From positions 728,054 through 792,053 of the forward strand of contig MU057632.1 of NCBI GenBank assembly GCA_013265495.1: a stretch of DNA of 64,000 bases. The letters run 5' to 3'. Source of the DNA: Vicugna vicugna (lineage: Eukaryota). Below are positions 51,039 through 64,000 of the stretch, piece after piece (positions within the stretch are counted from its first letter, which is position 1; every line of letters starts with the position of its first letter). A model generated the notes under the pieces. The model saw nothing but the letters and a program-made list of their open reading frames with translations. It searched no databases and was not told the origin of the DNA. The position numbers were made by a program, and so were the translations under genes.

Positions 51039-54000
51039 CTCTTCCTCACTTTATTTGTATATAAATTTTGCTATTCCAGCCAAGTGCTAAAACAAGAGAT
51101 TTTAAAAGATTGTGTGTCATATTAAAATTTCTTATATTGGGGTAAAGAAAAATCCATCATTCAGACACAGGGTCACGGTTTTGTTCACACTGGCTACTTG
51201 AAGAAAAGTGAAAGGCTTTTACATTCACTTTTTACTACGATATCTACTTATTTTCAAAATCTGCTAAAAGTCTGAATTAATCACATTGACTTTTCCTCAA
51301 GCATAATTTGTCAAATTTCCTACTTAGCGATGAAATATTTTAAAGGAAACCCATTAATTATACTTTGAGAAATGTAACATCCTCAGGAGAAAGTTACACT
51401 GACCACAGAGCAGGGAAACAAGTCACTGGTGTGAGAGGAGGGCTGCTATTTTTGTAAGTAATGAACATTCAGTGGCTACCGATGGAACCCATCGCATCAA
51501 CCTTGCTTGCTGTTCCTGGGTTATGGGAACATAAGAACTCTTTAGAATGTGAGAGCCTGCATGCAAATTCACCCTCCAACTCTGAATGTCTCTCCATCAC
51601 CAAGGCATGTGACTGTGTCTAACATCAATGGGAAAATTGCACAGTGTCACATTTCCAGAATACGGAAGCAGATTTGTGTTTTATCAAAATCCAGATTAGT
51701 GCTAATTCCTTACTCAGGATGGAGTTAGGTTCATTTAAGACTTTAAAGGAGATGCCAGGTTTGAAACATCTTAGGAATTATACTACATGTGTCTGGTCAT
51801 GCTTTGCCCTGAAGACAACCGAGTTCTGTTGGTGTTTGGTAATAAATATTCTGAAAACAGTCAACTATTTCTAACTTAGCAGAATTTCAACTAAGGTGCA
51901 TTGCTTCATTGAAAATGGCAAACGGATTAGAACACTAGAAGCAAGTCAGTAAAGGAATAAAGTTCAAAATTTAATATATATTAAATTTATGAAAATACTG
52001 GTTCTCAACCATGCAAATAAAAATGAATCTTTGTAGAGTAAATCCAAAACAGGATGAGGTAAAAGGATAGAAATTGAGAAAAAAAATGAGAGAGGTTTAA
52101 CTGAAACTGTTAGTGGAAATTATTTAAAATTTTTATTATAAGCATTAAGCTATAATGTGAATATTAGAATTGTGGAGAATATTTACCTTTTACTTAACAT
52201 GTAAAGTTAAAAATAAGCTAATTGTCTGCTATTTTATCTTACGTATTTTTTTCCTGTCCTATATTCTTATAAGTTTTTAAAGATACCGTATCTTTGATCT
52301 CACACTTATTAATATAATTTATAATAATTTTACTTATGTCATATGGTGATGTCAGTTTATACCATAAGAGCAACAGTAATGTATCTGAAAGTAATGAGTT
52401 TTTAATATTCAAATGCAATGTGAGAGAAAAAGAAAAAGGATGCCTGTGTAGAGGAGGAGAAATGATATAATGTAGAATATGGTAATTTAACTGCGTGCAA
52501 ATTAAAAGCCGTAGAAGAACCTCTGTGTCAAACTGGAGTCATGTGTACATTTCAGTGACGTCAGAAGCAGAACAAAGGGGAACCTCAGTTCCAGATCTGG
52601 TGTCCCTGGGCCACCCTGAACAGAAAGGCTTTGCTAAGTTCAGTAGATCACCTCCTTTCTTCTGAAGGAGCCTCAGTCTTCATAAGTTTGGTAAATCAGA
52701 GAGCTGGAATAGAAGATCACTTCAAGGTATTTTCAAGTTCTAAATTTCTATCCATCAGAGAATTTGGAATCTCCCAACCAAGCTAAATTCACTTCTGATT
52801 TGTTATGAAAATGTGTGAGTGGTGGTTTAGACTGCTAGGTAGGGCACTTCATTTTGTAGTTTTTTTGATCAATGGATTTAATGATTAGAGTCCTAGTTCA
52901 GAAAGGCTATCGGTATTTCACCCTGATTCTTCATTGACCTCTTTCTTGTTTCCTACGCTGGCACTAACTCTCTCTGCTGCTCCATGCCACCTCATCCTTT
53001 GACATGATGCTAAGAAATCGAAAAGGCATTTTCAGCTTTAATGAAGCATTCCCGTTTTATAGAACCTTTCCAAAATAACTACATGCAACAGCACAGGAAG
53101 AAAACCTAACTTACCCTGCTTCCTAATTCTTACTGCATTTGTGGGAAAAGGAAACAAAAAAATGATAATGATGTCCATCAAGAAGACAGACAAACAGCTG
53201 ACTCAGTGATAATACAGTAAAGAACAAACCACAGAAAAACTACATGGGGCTGGAACCAGCAACTCTGTGGAACATCAAGATATTTTGCTTACTGACTTTT
53301 TTTTCTTTACTGACTTTACTTTTTAATATGTTTCAGACTTCTAGAGAGTTTGGCCTCACTGAGTCTCAGTGACCCCTGGCTTTGGCCAGTTTGAAACCCT
53401 TCTGCAGGGGTTGTATCTAACCTAAGACGTAAAATGACAGACTGTTCAACACACATGACTCTGTGGTGGTCTGGTGACAAATCAAATTTCATAATCACTC
53501 CTTTTTTTTGGTATGAATCTCTGAATATCTGACTATATAACGAACAACCTCCAACATTTAAAAATAAGGTTTTCCAGGTTCATATAACAAGCTATATAGT
53601 ACTGATGTAGTATAATTTTTATTTAATTTTGAATTTCTAAAAGATCATTACTCCCCAAAGGGCTCTTGACATCAAATTATAACACAGCTTGTCCCATAGT
53701 GGCTGTTGCCCCTTTTGTGGTATTTGAAAAAAAATATTTTTAAATAAACCAGATAATATATTTAAAATTGCTTTACAAAGTATAAAATTCTATGTGTATT
53801 TTAATTAACATTATCAGATGCTAGTTAGCATTTATTAACTCCTTATTGCATCCTTACAAAGCAATATTGAAATATAAATTAAATGTTTATTGCTCCTTGA
53901 AATGGTGTGGATTTCAGTTTCAAAGAGTTTGAAATCAGTTACTTTTCTTAACTAAAGACAGATCGATAAGAAATCTCACATCACATAATTTCTGTCCTTC

Positions 54001-54397
54001 ACTAACAAATATCAATAGAAATATCAACCTCAAATAGTATTTAAGACTATACATCTGTATCTTAATATTTTAACTACAATATTCAACAATCTTCAAGCAA
54101 TAAAACGGCTTGATGTACCTTGCTTATTTGTGTGACGGTGACTACTGACAATCCATCACTGACTTTAATACCAAGTATTCTTATCTTGTTTTCAGAAAAA
54201 CATTTAATCTAAGTTAATGAATCCTATTTTAGCAAAGTCGTGTCGTGTGAAAACACCATGAGGAGAGAGGGTACGATGCAGGACCGCCACGTGAGCGACA
54301 GCTGCTCTCGGACTCCTCGGTGCTTGCCTGTCCTGCCTGCTACACACAGTGTAATTTTTCAGTAGGGAAACTACGAGTTGGATATGGCTGGGTTTAC

Positions 54398-54510
54398 CTT
54401 GGAATACTGCTCGCGATCAAGTTCTTGACTAGAACCAGACCCTGTTGTCTGCTTAAATCGATGCACTTTCATTTTCATCTGTCTTGTTCGTTCCTCCACT
54501 ACTAAGCTTG
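54398..54510 (-). CDS. RIMS1: RIMS1 internal coding exon, 113 nt, phase 1->0: (A)SLVVEERTRQMKMKVHRFKQTTGSGSSQELDREQYSK
   Basis: The minus strand reads gtttttgcag|CAAGCTTAGTAGTGGAGGAACG...CAGTATTCCAAG|gtaaac. The frame is open and I recognise the peptide as the RIM1 C2A-C2B linker. It joins in frame to the next exon. Confidence 0.93.
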
Positions 54511-57500
54511 CTGCAAAAACACACAATGGAAGTCTATTAAAACACAGGAAGCAGCTTCGAGGAACCGAATGGCTTAAGATTTCAATGCTTTTGATATGAC
54601 TTCAAGGAAATGAAATTTAGCAATAACGTGATTCATAAACAAAAGGCAGGATGTACCATGTGAGCCACTCTGGCTCTAAAGATGAACATGACTCAGATCA
54701 CACAGAACGGGAGCACAGGTGTTAGTAACAAAAGCAAGGGAGCCTAGTCCTTCATCTGACAGGAAATGATTTCCACCCCGTTCATAAACGACTATGTGGA
54801 ACAAAATCTAATTGTGAAAATAGGCCTTCTGTTTAATCAGCTGGTTGTTGCACGGACACATATAGAGAAAACAAGTCTGCAGACTGAGCACATCGCACAT
54901 GTACGCACACATTTATTTACATGCACTGCACACCGCTTAACATCCTCTGTCACAGAAGTCACCCCAAAACTGTTTTAACTGGAGAGTGTCTGCTTTTCTG
55001 AGGCCTTCTTACGAAATCGTTCATTTCTACCAGCAGCTTTTCATGGGTATTTGCCAATCTTAAAAAAGGGACTCCCTGAGAGAAAAGATTAGTTTTCTAT
55101 TTTTGACAGCTATGCCTGTGACCACATAGATGAAATTCATAGTTTTTGAAACCGTGGTATTGAATGTTAGCTCTTTAATTTAGAATATGTAAAGAAGTGT
55201 ATTCCACGGAAGCCTTTATCAAGCTCCCAAGTAGCAGGTGAGAGTGTTGGGATGGGAAGAATCACAGCCTTCCATCAAGGATGAGTTCTTTTAAGCCAGA
55301 ATCCATCCCAAACCGCTTAGTTTTTACAGATGAAGAGCTAAGAATCAGTCATGCACATATACCTGTGGTGTGTGAGGCCTCTGTTTATTTTTCACAATGT
55401 ACCTTTTGCCAATTTCAGACTCTTCAATCTCTCCAACAAGAGCTATGATTTTTAAGGTGTGTACATACACATGAACATGACCAGAGCCACAGTGTTTGTG
55501 ATAAATGCATAGGGACATCTACCGAAAGGCCCCATCATTTAAAGGATGATGGAAACCCTGATAGATCTGATTGACTTGGCTGCTGATTTCATCTCTTACA
55601 AGGAGTTCATAAAGATACTTGCTGGCAATTTTTTTCCATTGCAATGAATAAACATGGCCTGTGATTTCTGATAAAAGGACACTGACATCCATTGTAAGAA
55701 TTAAGTAAATCTGTAGCTTTTTTGGTGTGTTCAAATACAGACTAATAGCCCACGAGATAAATACATGGTTTGCAATATGTGGGTAAATGTTTTAATCATA
55801 CTTTTAAGGCCAAATTACTAGATGTTTAGCTTTGTTTAAACTCAGTAAATTAGATGGACAATTTAAATTTCTAATGTCACAGTTACGGGAATTAAGCAAT
55901 GATGCACACTTGCTTTGAAAATACTGACTTCAGGGATAGTAAACGAGGACTTATGATGAAGGAATTGTTCAATAGAAATCTTGAGAAAAGCAGCTCAGAA
56001 ATGCATTAATTACTTGACAATATATAAGGAGTCATAATAAGTATTAAAAGCAAAATGCTACTAGAGAGCAGCTGGGAATTGTGGCAAAGCTATTGAAAAA
56101 CGTGAGTTATATTTACAGAAAGCAATATACCAAGTGGGAAAACGTACACAGATCTGTTCTCTGCCCTCTGCCTGTGATGTGGGGCCCCTGGGCACTTGCT
56201 TGGTGGTTCGCTCGGGGCTGTGAGAAAGCCCAAAGGACTCTAACCAGCAGCATTCTACGGCTAAAGATTTAAGCAATTCCAAGTCATCTCCACTAGCGAT
56301 AAAAGTGAATTTAAATGATGTTAGCTTAATATTCTCAGCAAGACATTAATTTCACTTTAAGAAAATCTTGACACTGATTAGCCCATAGCTTTGTGACCTT
56401 CACCTTTGGTATCATGTCATTCTCAGGAAGGACTGTTACCGAACACTGAAAAGACGATTTCCCAAGAGCTACAGCCTGAAGTGGTCTGACACAGTCCTGG
56501 CGACTGAACCTCGCCAGGATTAGCACGTCACTTCCTCAAATAGGGTTTCTTAGCTTATGATGTGGCTGAACTTAAATCTGTATTTTGCAAAAGTCAAAAC
56601 TAAATATTAAGAAGGCAGTGGTTGTCTAACTAAAATGTATCCTAAAATGGTTTTAAATGATTTCACTTTGACCTCCCTAAAATGACTAATATACTATCCT
56701 TATCCTTGAACATGTGCAAATTACTATCATGTAAGCTGTCAAAGAAAGAAAATCTCCAAAATTTGTTTCTTTGCAAAATCATGAGTAGACTTCCTTGACT
56801 CCCCAGCAAAAACGCAGTTTCTCTGTTACATCCTCATCTCTTGGTCTCAGATTCCAAGATGCAAAATGCAAACAGCTTATCATTGACTTACTCATATTAA
56901 AAGGTCAGATAATTACATATAATTCACATTAAAAAACACAATGTCTCATTATTTCCTGATGATGTGTACATTAGTGTGTATTCTAAGAAGAATTGTTTAT
57001 ACAAGTTGTCATGTTTCAGTACTTTTTTTTCATTAACATCAATGAAGAAGCTTTAGTGTGAATTTGAAAGTTCTTTAACTTTTCTACAGATTTTGTTTAC
57101 TTTGCATTTTATTTTTCAACTGTAGATTGTGGAATAAAATGGCATTATTTCTGCATTATTGGTGTGTCAATCTAAATAGGAAGAAATATTTATGAGCTGA
57201 AATAGAAGATTTATCACAAATTTGAACTGGAAGACATTATTAATGTACATTTTTTATACGGAGAATAATAGATACTTAGTAATGATTAAAACTGAATTGA
57301 ATCTTTGGAATATGATTATCTGTCGAGTATCTCACTTTAAGTAAAATTAACCACAGTCCAGAGAGCTCAAATTTCTTACTTTGAAAAGGACGGTTGCTGA
57401 TCATCATTTAAAAATTTTATATTAATAATTTTAATGCCAACAGCAAAATTAAATTATGAAATAAAATATTTCCAAATTCTCCCACAAATCCTAGCATTAA

Positions 57501-59937
57501 ATTCACATATTAGGAGCATTCTGAATGCTGGGAGCATTGTAAACTAACAAAATCATTCAAGTATCCGTTACTATTCCTTTATAAAAAGATTGTACGAGTT
57601 GGAGGACTTTTTTTAAAAATTTCAAAACTGCCACATACTAGGAAGTGAAATAATCCCTCCCACTTTTTATAACAAATATAATTATCATGCAATTTCTCTT
57701 AGTCTCTTATTGAAAATATACTTTCCATATAAAATTTTCTAAAGATAAGGATGTTTACTGTAGAGGGTATTTCAGCTAACACTGCCGACAGCCTGATAGT
57801 AACAGAAACAATTCACTTCCCCTACACCCCAAGGTGAGATTAACATTGTATTTTTATACAAAACATTTGTTTTTAAGCTGGAATTTTTCACTATGCTTTC
57901 CACAAGCTGAACGGTGTGTCTAATGTTGAATAAATCGTGCTTTTTAAAAGGGAGATATTAATTTACCTAAAAGATATTTATTGAATTTAATCCATTTTTT
58001 TTTAGGTCAACTTTACATCCACTGTGATTTTTAAACTCTGGCGTTTTAATCAAATGAATGTACATATGTCAAATATCAACTCAGCAATTACAATTAAGCA
58101 AATTACAATTAAGAAAGTACAAAACCAGAACTTTTTTTTAGGGGTTAAGTTAATACTTATGAGAGCATTTCTTCTCTTCTAAACTGGTATACTCAAGGCG
58201 AGAAAAATAAATACAGCTTTAAAAGTAATTTATTACTTCTAATGGAAAGTATTCGGTATTATTAAAAACAAAGATAGACTGAAATAATTAGTTCTTTTTT
58301 CATGTCCCATGTCTTGCTGTGAACTTAACCTTGTACTATGAATGATCTCTGGTGAAATTGCGAAGAAGCTGAAATCATTTGCAAATACTGTATTTGTGCT
58401 TATATGCATTTTCCTAGATCTGTCCCTTTCATATAATTATTAGGGAGTCCTGTGACTTAAAAAAAGGCTTAAGATTCCTTAATAAATCTTCCCTAGCCCA
58501 TCACTAAAAAATTTCTACAGTATCACCTCATCCAAAGAGAAATATGATTTCCTGGGAAACTTCTTGGACCTAGCAGACATTTGTGACTTGCTTTAAAATA
58601 TTGTAAATATTATGTACGGTTCTGTGTCATTTAAGATAAATGTAATTTAAACATTAAATTTTCTTAAGTATATTTTAAATATTATTCATGAATTTACAAT
58701 TACCTAAATACAAATTTGCTCTGATCTTCAAATTCCTTAAATCTTTCACATTTCTCCCTATGCCTCTAGAAATTAACATGAATTTGAAATTTCAAAGGTT
58801 TGTGTTAATAGGCAAAAAAGATAATCTATGTAACATATTGGTAAACCTGTATTTTCAAGTATTCTAGGTGAAATATGAGTGTGGAAGAGAAAAGAAATAA
58901 TGAAAATTTCTATATTATTAGATGTATTAAAGTAAAAAGGTTACGAATATTTTATTCTATAGCAAGATCAGCTGGTGCCTGTGTCAAAGGTGAAACCTGA
59001 TAACATTTGGACAGGATAACTCAGCGTGTCGTGCTGCCTACAAGTGCTGTCACACTTTAATGCCTCTGCTTCCTGGCTGTTTAGTAACAGAAGGAGAGTG
59101 GGGTGAGAGTGGGGCCCCCATCCTCGCTCCAGGCTCCAGTGCACGTCTCAGAAAGAGTGATGGTGAATGACCACACATCTGCAAGTTGTCGGGTAGAATT
59201 AAATACATGAGCAAAACACCTACGATGACTTAGTTGTTGACAACACTGAAAAAAAAATCCCTTCTCCGAAGCTTTTTTTTTTTAAAAAAGATCACTAACA
59301 GTGGGAAGTCAAATACTAGAAATAATACAGTATGAAACATTAAAGAAGATATGAAGATTAAAATATGAAGATTAAAAAGTATGAAAGATGAAAAAAATTA
59401 GCAGACTGAATCTATAACCCTTAGTAGCCATACGCACACACAGCCTGAAGAGAAAGGAAGATGCTTTTATATTTGAAAATTCAAAAATGCAATAGTGGTC
59501 TCTAGTCACAGGGGTGGTTTTTCTTTCTTTTTTTTTTTTTTTGACTTTGGAGGAATACAAATTGTTAGGATGTATGAACGTTCTCCATAACACCTGGAAG
59601 CAACGTGGTAAAGTGGTGAGAACCCAGGCCCGGGGAAGACCAGGCTTAGATTACAATCTCTGACCCGTCACCACTCCTCAGTTCCTCAGTGTGGCCTCGA
59701 CCAGTCCCCATCCTTCTCTCCACTACGAAACCTTTATTTGTGAAATGAAGAGATTGCTAGAATGACTTCCAGCTGTTGTATTCTATGACTCTACGTTATT
59801 TCAAACAGGGCATTGGTATTTTTCTTCATATTTCAAAAAAAAAAATGGAAAACTACAATGACTTTCTCTCTGCTCTTTTTCCTAAGTTCTAGTACTTTTT
59901 AAATTTGCCAATTTACCAAAACTATAGATGTTAAGGG

Positions 59938-60412
59938 TGTTGACTGAAATAAAGTCACACAACGTGAGAGCTGTGGGTTAAGTTATCTTGGCTGCAAAAT
60001 GAAAGCTGAGAAACACTTCCAAAGAGGCAGAGGGAAAACTCAGGGTCATACAGGATTTCAGTGAGGGGGGCACGTGCAGTCAAGCACACACTCAGGCAGA
60101 GGCTGCTGCTGGTCACGAGGAGCAGATGTCACCGTCAATGATTTTCGTACTGTTCTAGATATGAGGAGATGCAAGACTTTGGACCATAAAATCTTCTCCT
60201 GAAAATACCTAACTGTCTGAAGGCCTGTTCAGCCAGTTTTCAGAGAGCACAGAGTGCCTCACTCCTGACCTCCGTCCTGAACTCCTCTCACGGAGTGTCG
60301 GAGGTCAGCGGTGGCAGCGACTCGTGATTGACTCCAAGCAGAGTTAGGTGGCGAGTGCCAACCTGATCCGATCCTTGGAGAGGCAGGTGGCAAGTGCCAC
60401 TTTTAGTTGGCA
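59938..60412 (-). mobile_element. ERV1 (MER41-like) solo LTR with 4-bp TSD AGGG
   Basis: Inverted termini TGTTGACT...AGTTGGCA. AGGG occurs at 59934-59937 and 60413-60416. The interior resembles cetartiodactyl MER41-related LTRs as I remember them. Confidence 0.78.
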
Positions 60413-63400
60413 AGGGGAAAAATTTTACTGGTTATATTTTACTTTGTTACTTTCTATCTTTTTTCTATCGTTAAAAGATAATGTATTTCTTGCATGTTAA
60501 TCCTTAGTTTTGGGGACATGTAAGTGTAGTAAGTGACTTTGATATAATACTTATACACCCCCTTCTCTCCCCCTACATATACAGTATATATACATAAAGA
60601 TTAAATGTTTAAAATATTTTGATGATACAGAAATGCCCACGTTCCGGGTCATTTTCCGAGAATAAAATGCATTTCGACTTGCAAGGGTAGAAATGTGCCA
60701 AACTGTTGCCCTTGGGCCCTTGTATGATTCTCTTGGATGTGAAGGATTATGTTCAATTACATAAACAACAAAATAAAAGGTAACACCTATCCAGTATGAG
60801 AAACATAAAACACAAGTAAATGACACATGTTAATTGAAAAATAAAAAAACCACATTGCCTTGAAGGACTTTTAAAGAAAATAACCTGCGCTTTGGTACTG
60901 AGGATTGAGACGGAAAACTGACACACGGGAAGTAGGTAACTTGCACGTCTAACCACTCAGATCTTGCTGCAGCCAAAACCAAGGTGGTCTCGTTTTAGCA
61001 TGCGGATTTTCAATCGGCTGTCCGAAACAAAGCTCAGGATTCTCAACCCCAGATACGACTTTCAGCGTCAACTCTGCCAAGTCCCAGAGGAACACTGAAA
61101 ATATCAATCAGCTACTTGACAGATAAGAAAGGCAGGCTCTTTATGGAAGCATCTGTCACTTTATCTTGCCCTTTTGTGTTGCATGGGGTTAAACAGCATT
61201 TGACCTTAAATGTATCTCTGTTGTGAGAGGGGGCACTGTCTTCCTTACGGAAGCCCTTCTTAGAGTACAGTCTTCAGAAGTGCAGCCTTCGAAATAAGGC
61301 TTCTCTGGGGGAATAACAGAACCACTCCCCGAGGGGTCATGTCGTTTACCCCAAGTGATCGCTCATCTGTTTACCCATAATTTTTGGTTGACACATCAGT
61401 TACACTGATGGCAACAGAATCTATCTTGTAAGCCTTGACGAGGCATAACTACTAAATTCAACGTCTCTTCCCTTTTTTCTGTAAAAAGTGTTTACAGATT
61501 TTAAAATCTGCAAAAAAAAAAAACTACAATATTTAGGGGAAATCTACAGCTTTAGAGGAAGAAAGAAATCAGAGCCTATCCATGGCTAGACGTCTGTCTG
61601 CCTTCTGTCTTCTGCATCTCCCCAGAGACGCCAGGGAGAGAGGGGTGATGACAGACTCCGTTAACGGGGCATTTCCGGCAAGGTGACCTTTGGTTGATTG
61701 AAGTGTTAAACACTGATGTTTTAGAAGTCTTAATACTATTATAAATAACCACATTTGAATCAGCAGAATGTAATAACAGGGTCAAAACCAAGGGCTTGGA
61801 ACTGCTTTATATGGGCCATTTCACTCACTACATCCCTAAAGTTTAAAGAGAAGCCTAGAATGACAACTATATTTGCGGGTTTGTGGTAAAAAGAGAAATG
61901 GATAAGCTAGCCCCTTTTCACTAGTGGCGCTCTAAATATTTGTGACTAAACATTCATGAATATTCACAGTAAGTGTTCAGGAACAGCAAAGCCCTGGAAG
62001 ATGAAGAAATTTGAACTTTCAAAATCAACCTACAGTAACAGCAAATGAATTACCTGGTTAAGATGCATCTACTCAATATGCATGTAAGAAAAATGTACAT
62101 AAAACTGAAACCCTTTTCTACTTAATGACAGGTAAAACAATGCTGCTTCCAAAGAACACACAAATTAGTTTACTTCTTTTGGCATAGTCCAGTTTCATAA
62201 TTTCTATGATGTGTTTCACAACTGTAATATACTATTAAAATAAGTGTGCAACTGTCTAAACAATAACTAATATAACAGAAAATTATTAAAATAACATTTT
62301 CACTTTTTATATGAATTACATCTAATAATTAAGGTGAGTGCTAATAGTTCCATAAAAATCAGATTTTGTGTGACTTTGCAATCAAACTGCTCTCGTCAAC
62401 ATTTAAAAAGGAAAGCACAGGTCATTTATTTGAGCATTTTTAAACAGAAACTTAAAAATACAGTTGACTAGAGATACTCCTTAAATAGCCCCTACCACTT
62501 GGTTACAATAATTATTTTACATTTTATTAGTGAGACAGGAAAACAAAATGCAACAAATGCTACTTATTCTCGGTTTCTGTTCAAATCATCTAGTCCCCTT
62601 GAACTCTAATTGCCTTTCATTCTCCACTTGTGTAAATTACATGGTTTTTATGATAAAGGAAATTATATTTACAGAAAAGACAGTACAATGTGTTTTGTTA
62701 TGATTCAAACTTGCTTCCGAAAGTTAAAAGAGTTAATGCACTTAAGAAATATTATCTTAAAGGCATATAAACTAGAAATTTATTATGATAATAATGTTTT
62801 CTCACCTTGAAGTCATTTAATTTCTGGTTCTGTTTTGATCTTCTTATATCATTATTTCGATGCCCCCAAACTACATTCATGGGCTCTTTAAAACTGTCCA
62901 AGAAATGTAGCAGAGAGGGAAAAATTGGCTTACTTTTAGAATGAATAATTTAAAATATGCCTATAAAGCAGTTTGTGAATCCTAAAAAGATATGGGCTCT
63001 CAGTTTCCAACACAAAAGAGGGAAGTGAAAGGTAAATGGCCTGGTATGAACACTGCTATTTCCTCGGTTAACTTTTCAACCCCAAGATCGTGTTATCTGT
63101 ACTCAAAGACACTGGCTTTGCTTTCTCCAACTGCATAATTTGAAGAGCAAGCCAGGTATCAGAGATTTAGCTGAGTGGCACAAAATCGGGTCATCAGAGG
63201 AGGTGGGAACCCTATGTGGACCTCCTGGTGTTGCGAGTGGTGGGTGTCACAGCAACAGGGGGCATGGGCTGTGGAGTCAGAATCCAGCTCCGTCTGGAGG
63301 CATCCTCTTGGCCCCTCTGCTCTCTCTCTGTCTAAGGTGCCATTAGACCTCACTTAGGGCAGTGCGCTGTTGTTACCATAATTACGTGCATCATGGGCAC

Positions 63401-63429
63401 TCAGTAACACTGAATGAGGGAGAGCCTGC

Positions 63430-63670
63430 AGAGCAAAGGGGTGAAGAATATGGTCTTTGGAGTGAGGCTCACTTCCAGTTCCCATGACTGAAATGGGGCC
63501 AATTTTTAATCTTTCTAAGCTTCAGCATTCTCAGTTGGAAAATGATACTACTAGTCATGTCTCACGTTGTTGTAAAAATTTAATAAGATAAATATGTAAC
63601 ATGCTCAGTCAAGTCACTGACATGAGTAAGTGCCCAATGCATTCTACTGACCATTAAACGTGTTGATGGC
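63430..63670 (+). mobile_element. MIR fragment
   Basis: ggtctttggagtgag...ttaatctttctaagcttcagcattctcagttggaaaatgatacta...gttgttgtaaaaatttaataagataaatatgtaa. Confidence 0.65.
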
Positions 63671-63832
63671 ATTTTACACCTCTCTGTATGTGCTTTGCAA
63701 AAATATGCTTTATAAAATATATGCTGGAAAATTATATACTGGTCTCCTTCAGTGAGGGTGAACAACCATTACCGTCTGCCCAGAGCTGTCCTGGTTTTAG
63801 CAATGAAAATCTTGCATCTTGTGCAACCTCTT

Positions 63833-63952
63833 TTGGTTTAGGGGGTGGTAATTAGGTTTATTTCTTTCTTTATTTAATGGAGGTACTGGGGATTGAACCC
63901 AGGACCTCGTGCACGCTAAGCATGCACTCTGCACTGGGCTATACCCTCCCTC
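63833..63952 (-). mobile_element. Vic-1-like SINE with 15-bp TSD CTTGTGCAA(C/T)CTCTT
   Basis: tRNA-Ala-like body. Repeats at 63818-63832 and 63953-63967. Confidence 0.9.
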
Positions 63953-64000
63953 CTTGTGCAATCTCTTAATCCTCGACAACCTGGGGCCACTGTTCATCTA

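Larger units (their letters stand above)
1..64000 (-). other. RIMS1: Window lies within the RIMS1 transcription unit (introns plus three exons); neither gene end is visible
   Basis: Three phase-compatible exons occur in the expected order. I found no upstream C2A/PxxP exon, downstream C2B exon, CpG island or promoter. Confidence 0.85.

Noticed and set aside
62054..62068. 15-nt tag|ATGCATCTTAACCAG|gtaatt microexon-like motif (minus)
   Set aside because: It has an in-frame TAA in the required phase 1 and a weaker donor. A poison exon is not excluded but has no support.
6470..63952. tRNA-Ala(AGC)-like sequences (7 copies) as real tRNA genes
   Set aside because: Each is diverged and carries SINE tails and/or TSDs, so they are SINEs.
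6470..63952. SINE orientation bias (6 of 7 sense to RIMS1)
   Set aside because: The sample is too small to distinguish from chance.

Overview
Mammalian genomic DNA, very probably camelid: it carries several tRNA-Ala-derived Vic-1-like SINEs and young L1 3' ends. The whole window appears to lie inside RIMS1 (presynaptic active-zone scaffold) on the minus strand. Three coding exons read with canonical AG/GT borders and matching phases: 54398-54510 (113 nt), 48621-48787 (167 nt) and 28685-28920 (236 nt). Together they form a 516-nt phase-1-to-phase-1 block from the alternatively spliced linker between C2A and C2B. The rest is intron containing L1 fragments, SINEs, solo LTRs, MER58/hAT elements, MIR/L2 relics and microsatellites. 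There is no prokaryote-type system here. The best leads are candidate frame-preserving microexons (18 nt at 53115-53132 and 12 nt at 33508-33519), a candidate recursive splice site (12414-12417), a clean twin-primed inverted L1, a GAS motif created by a tandem duplication in an LTR, and an unexplained ~106-nt hairpin. Repeat family names come from remembered consensus sequences and their boundaries are approximate.
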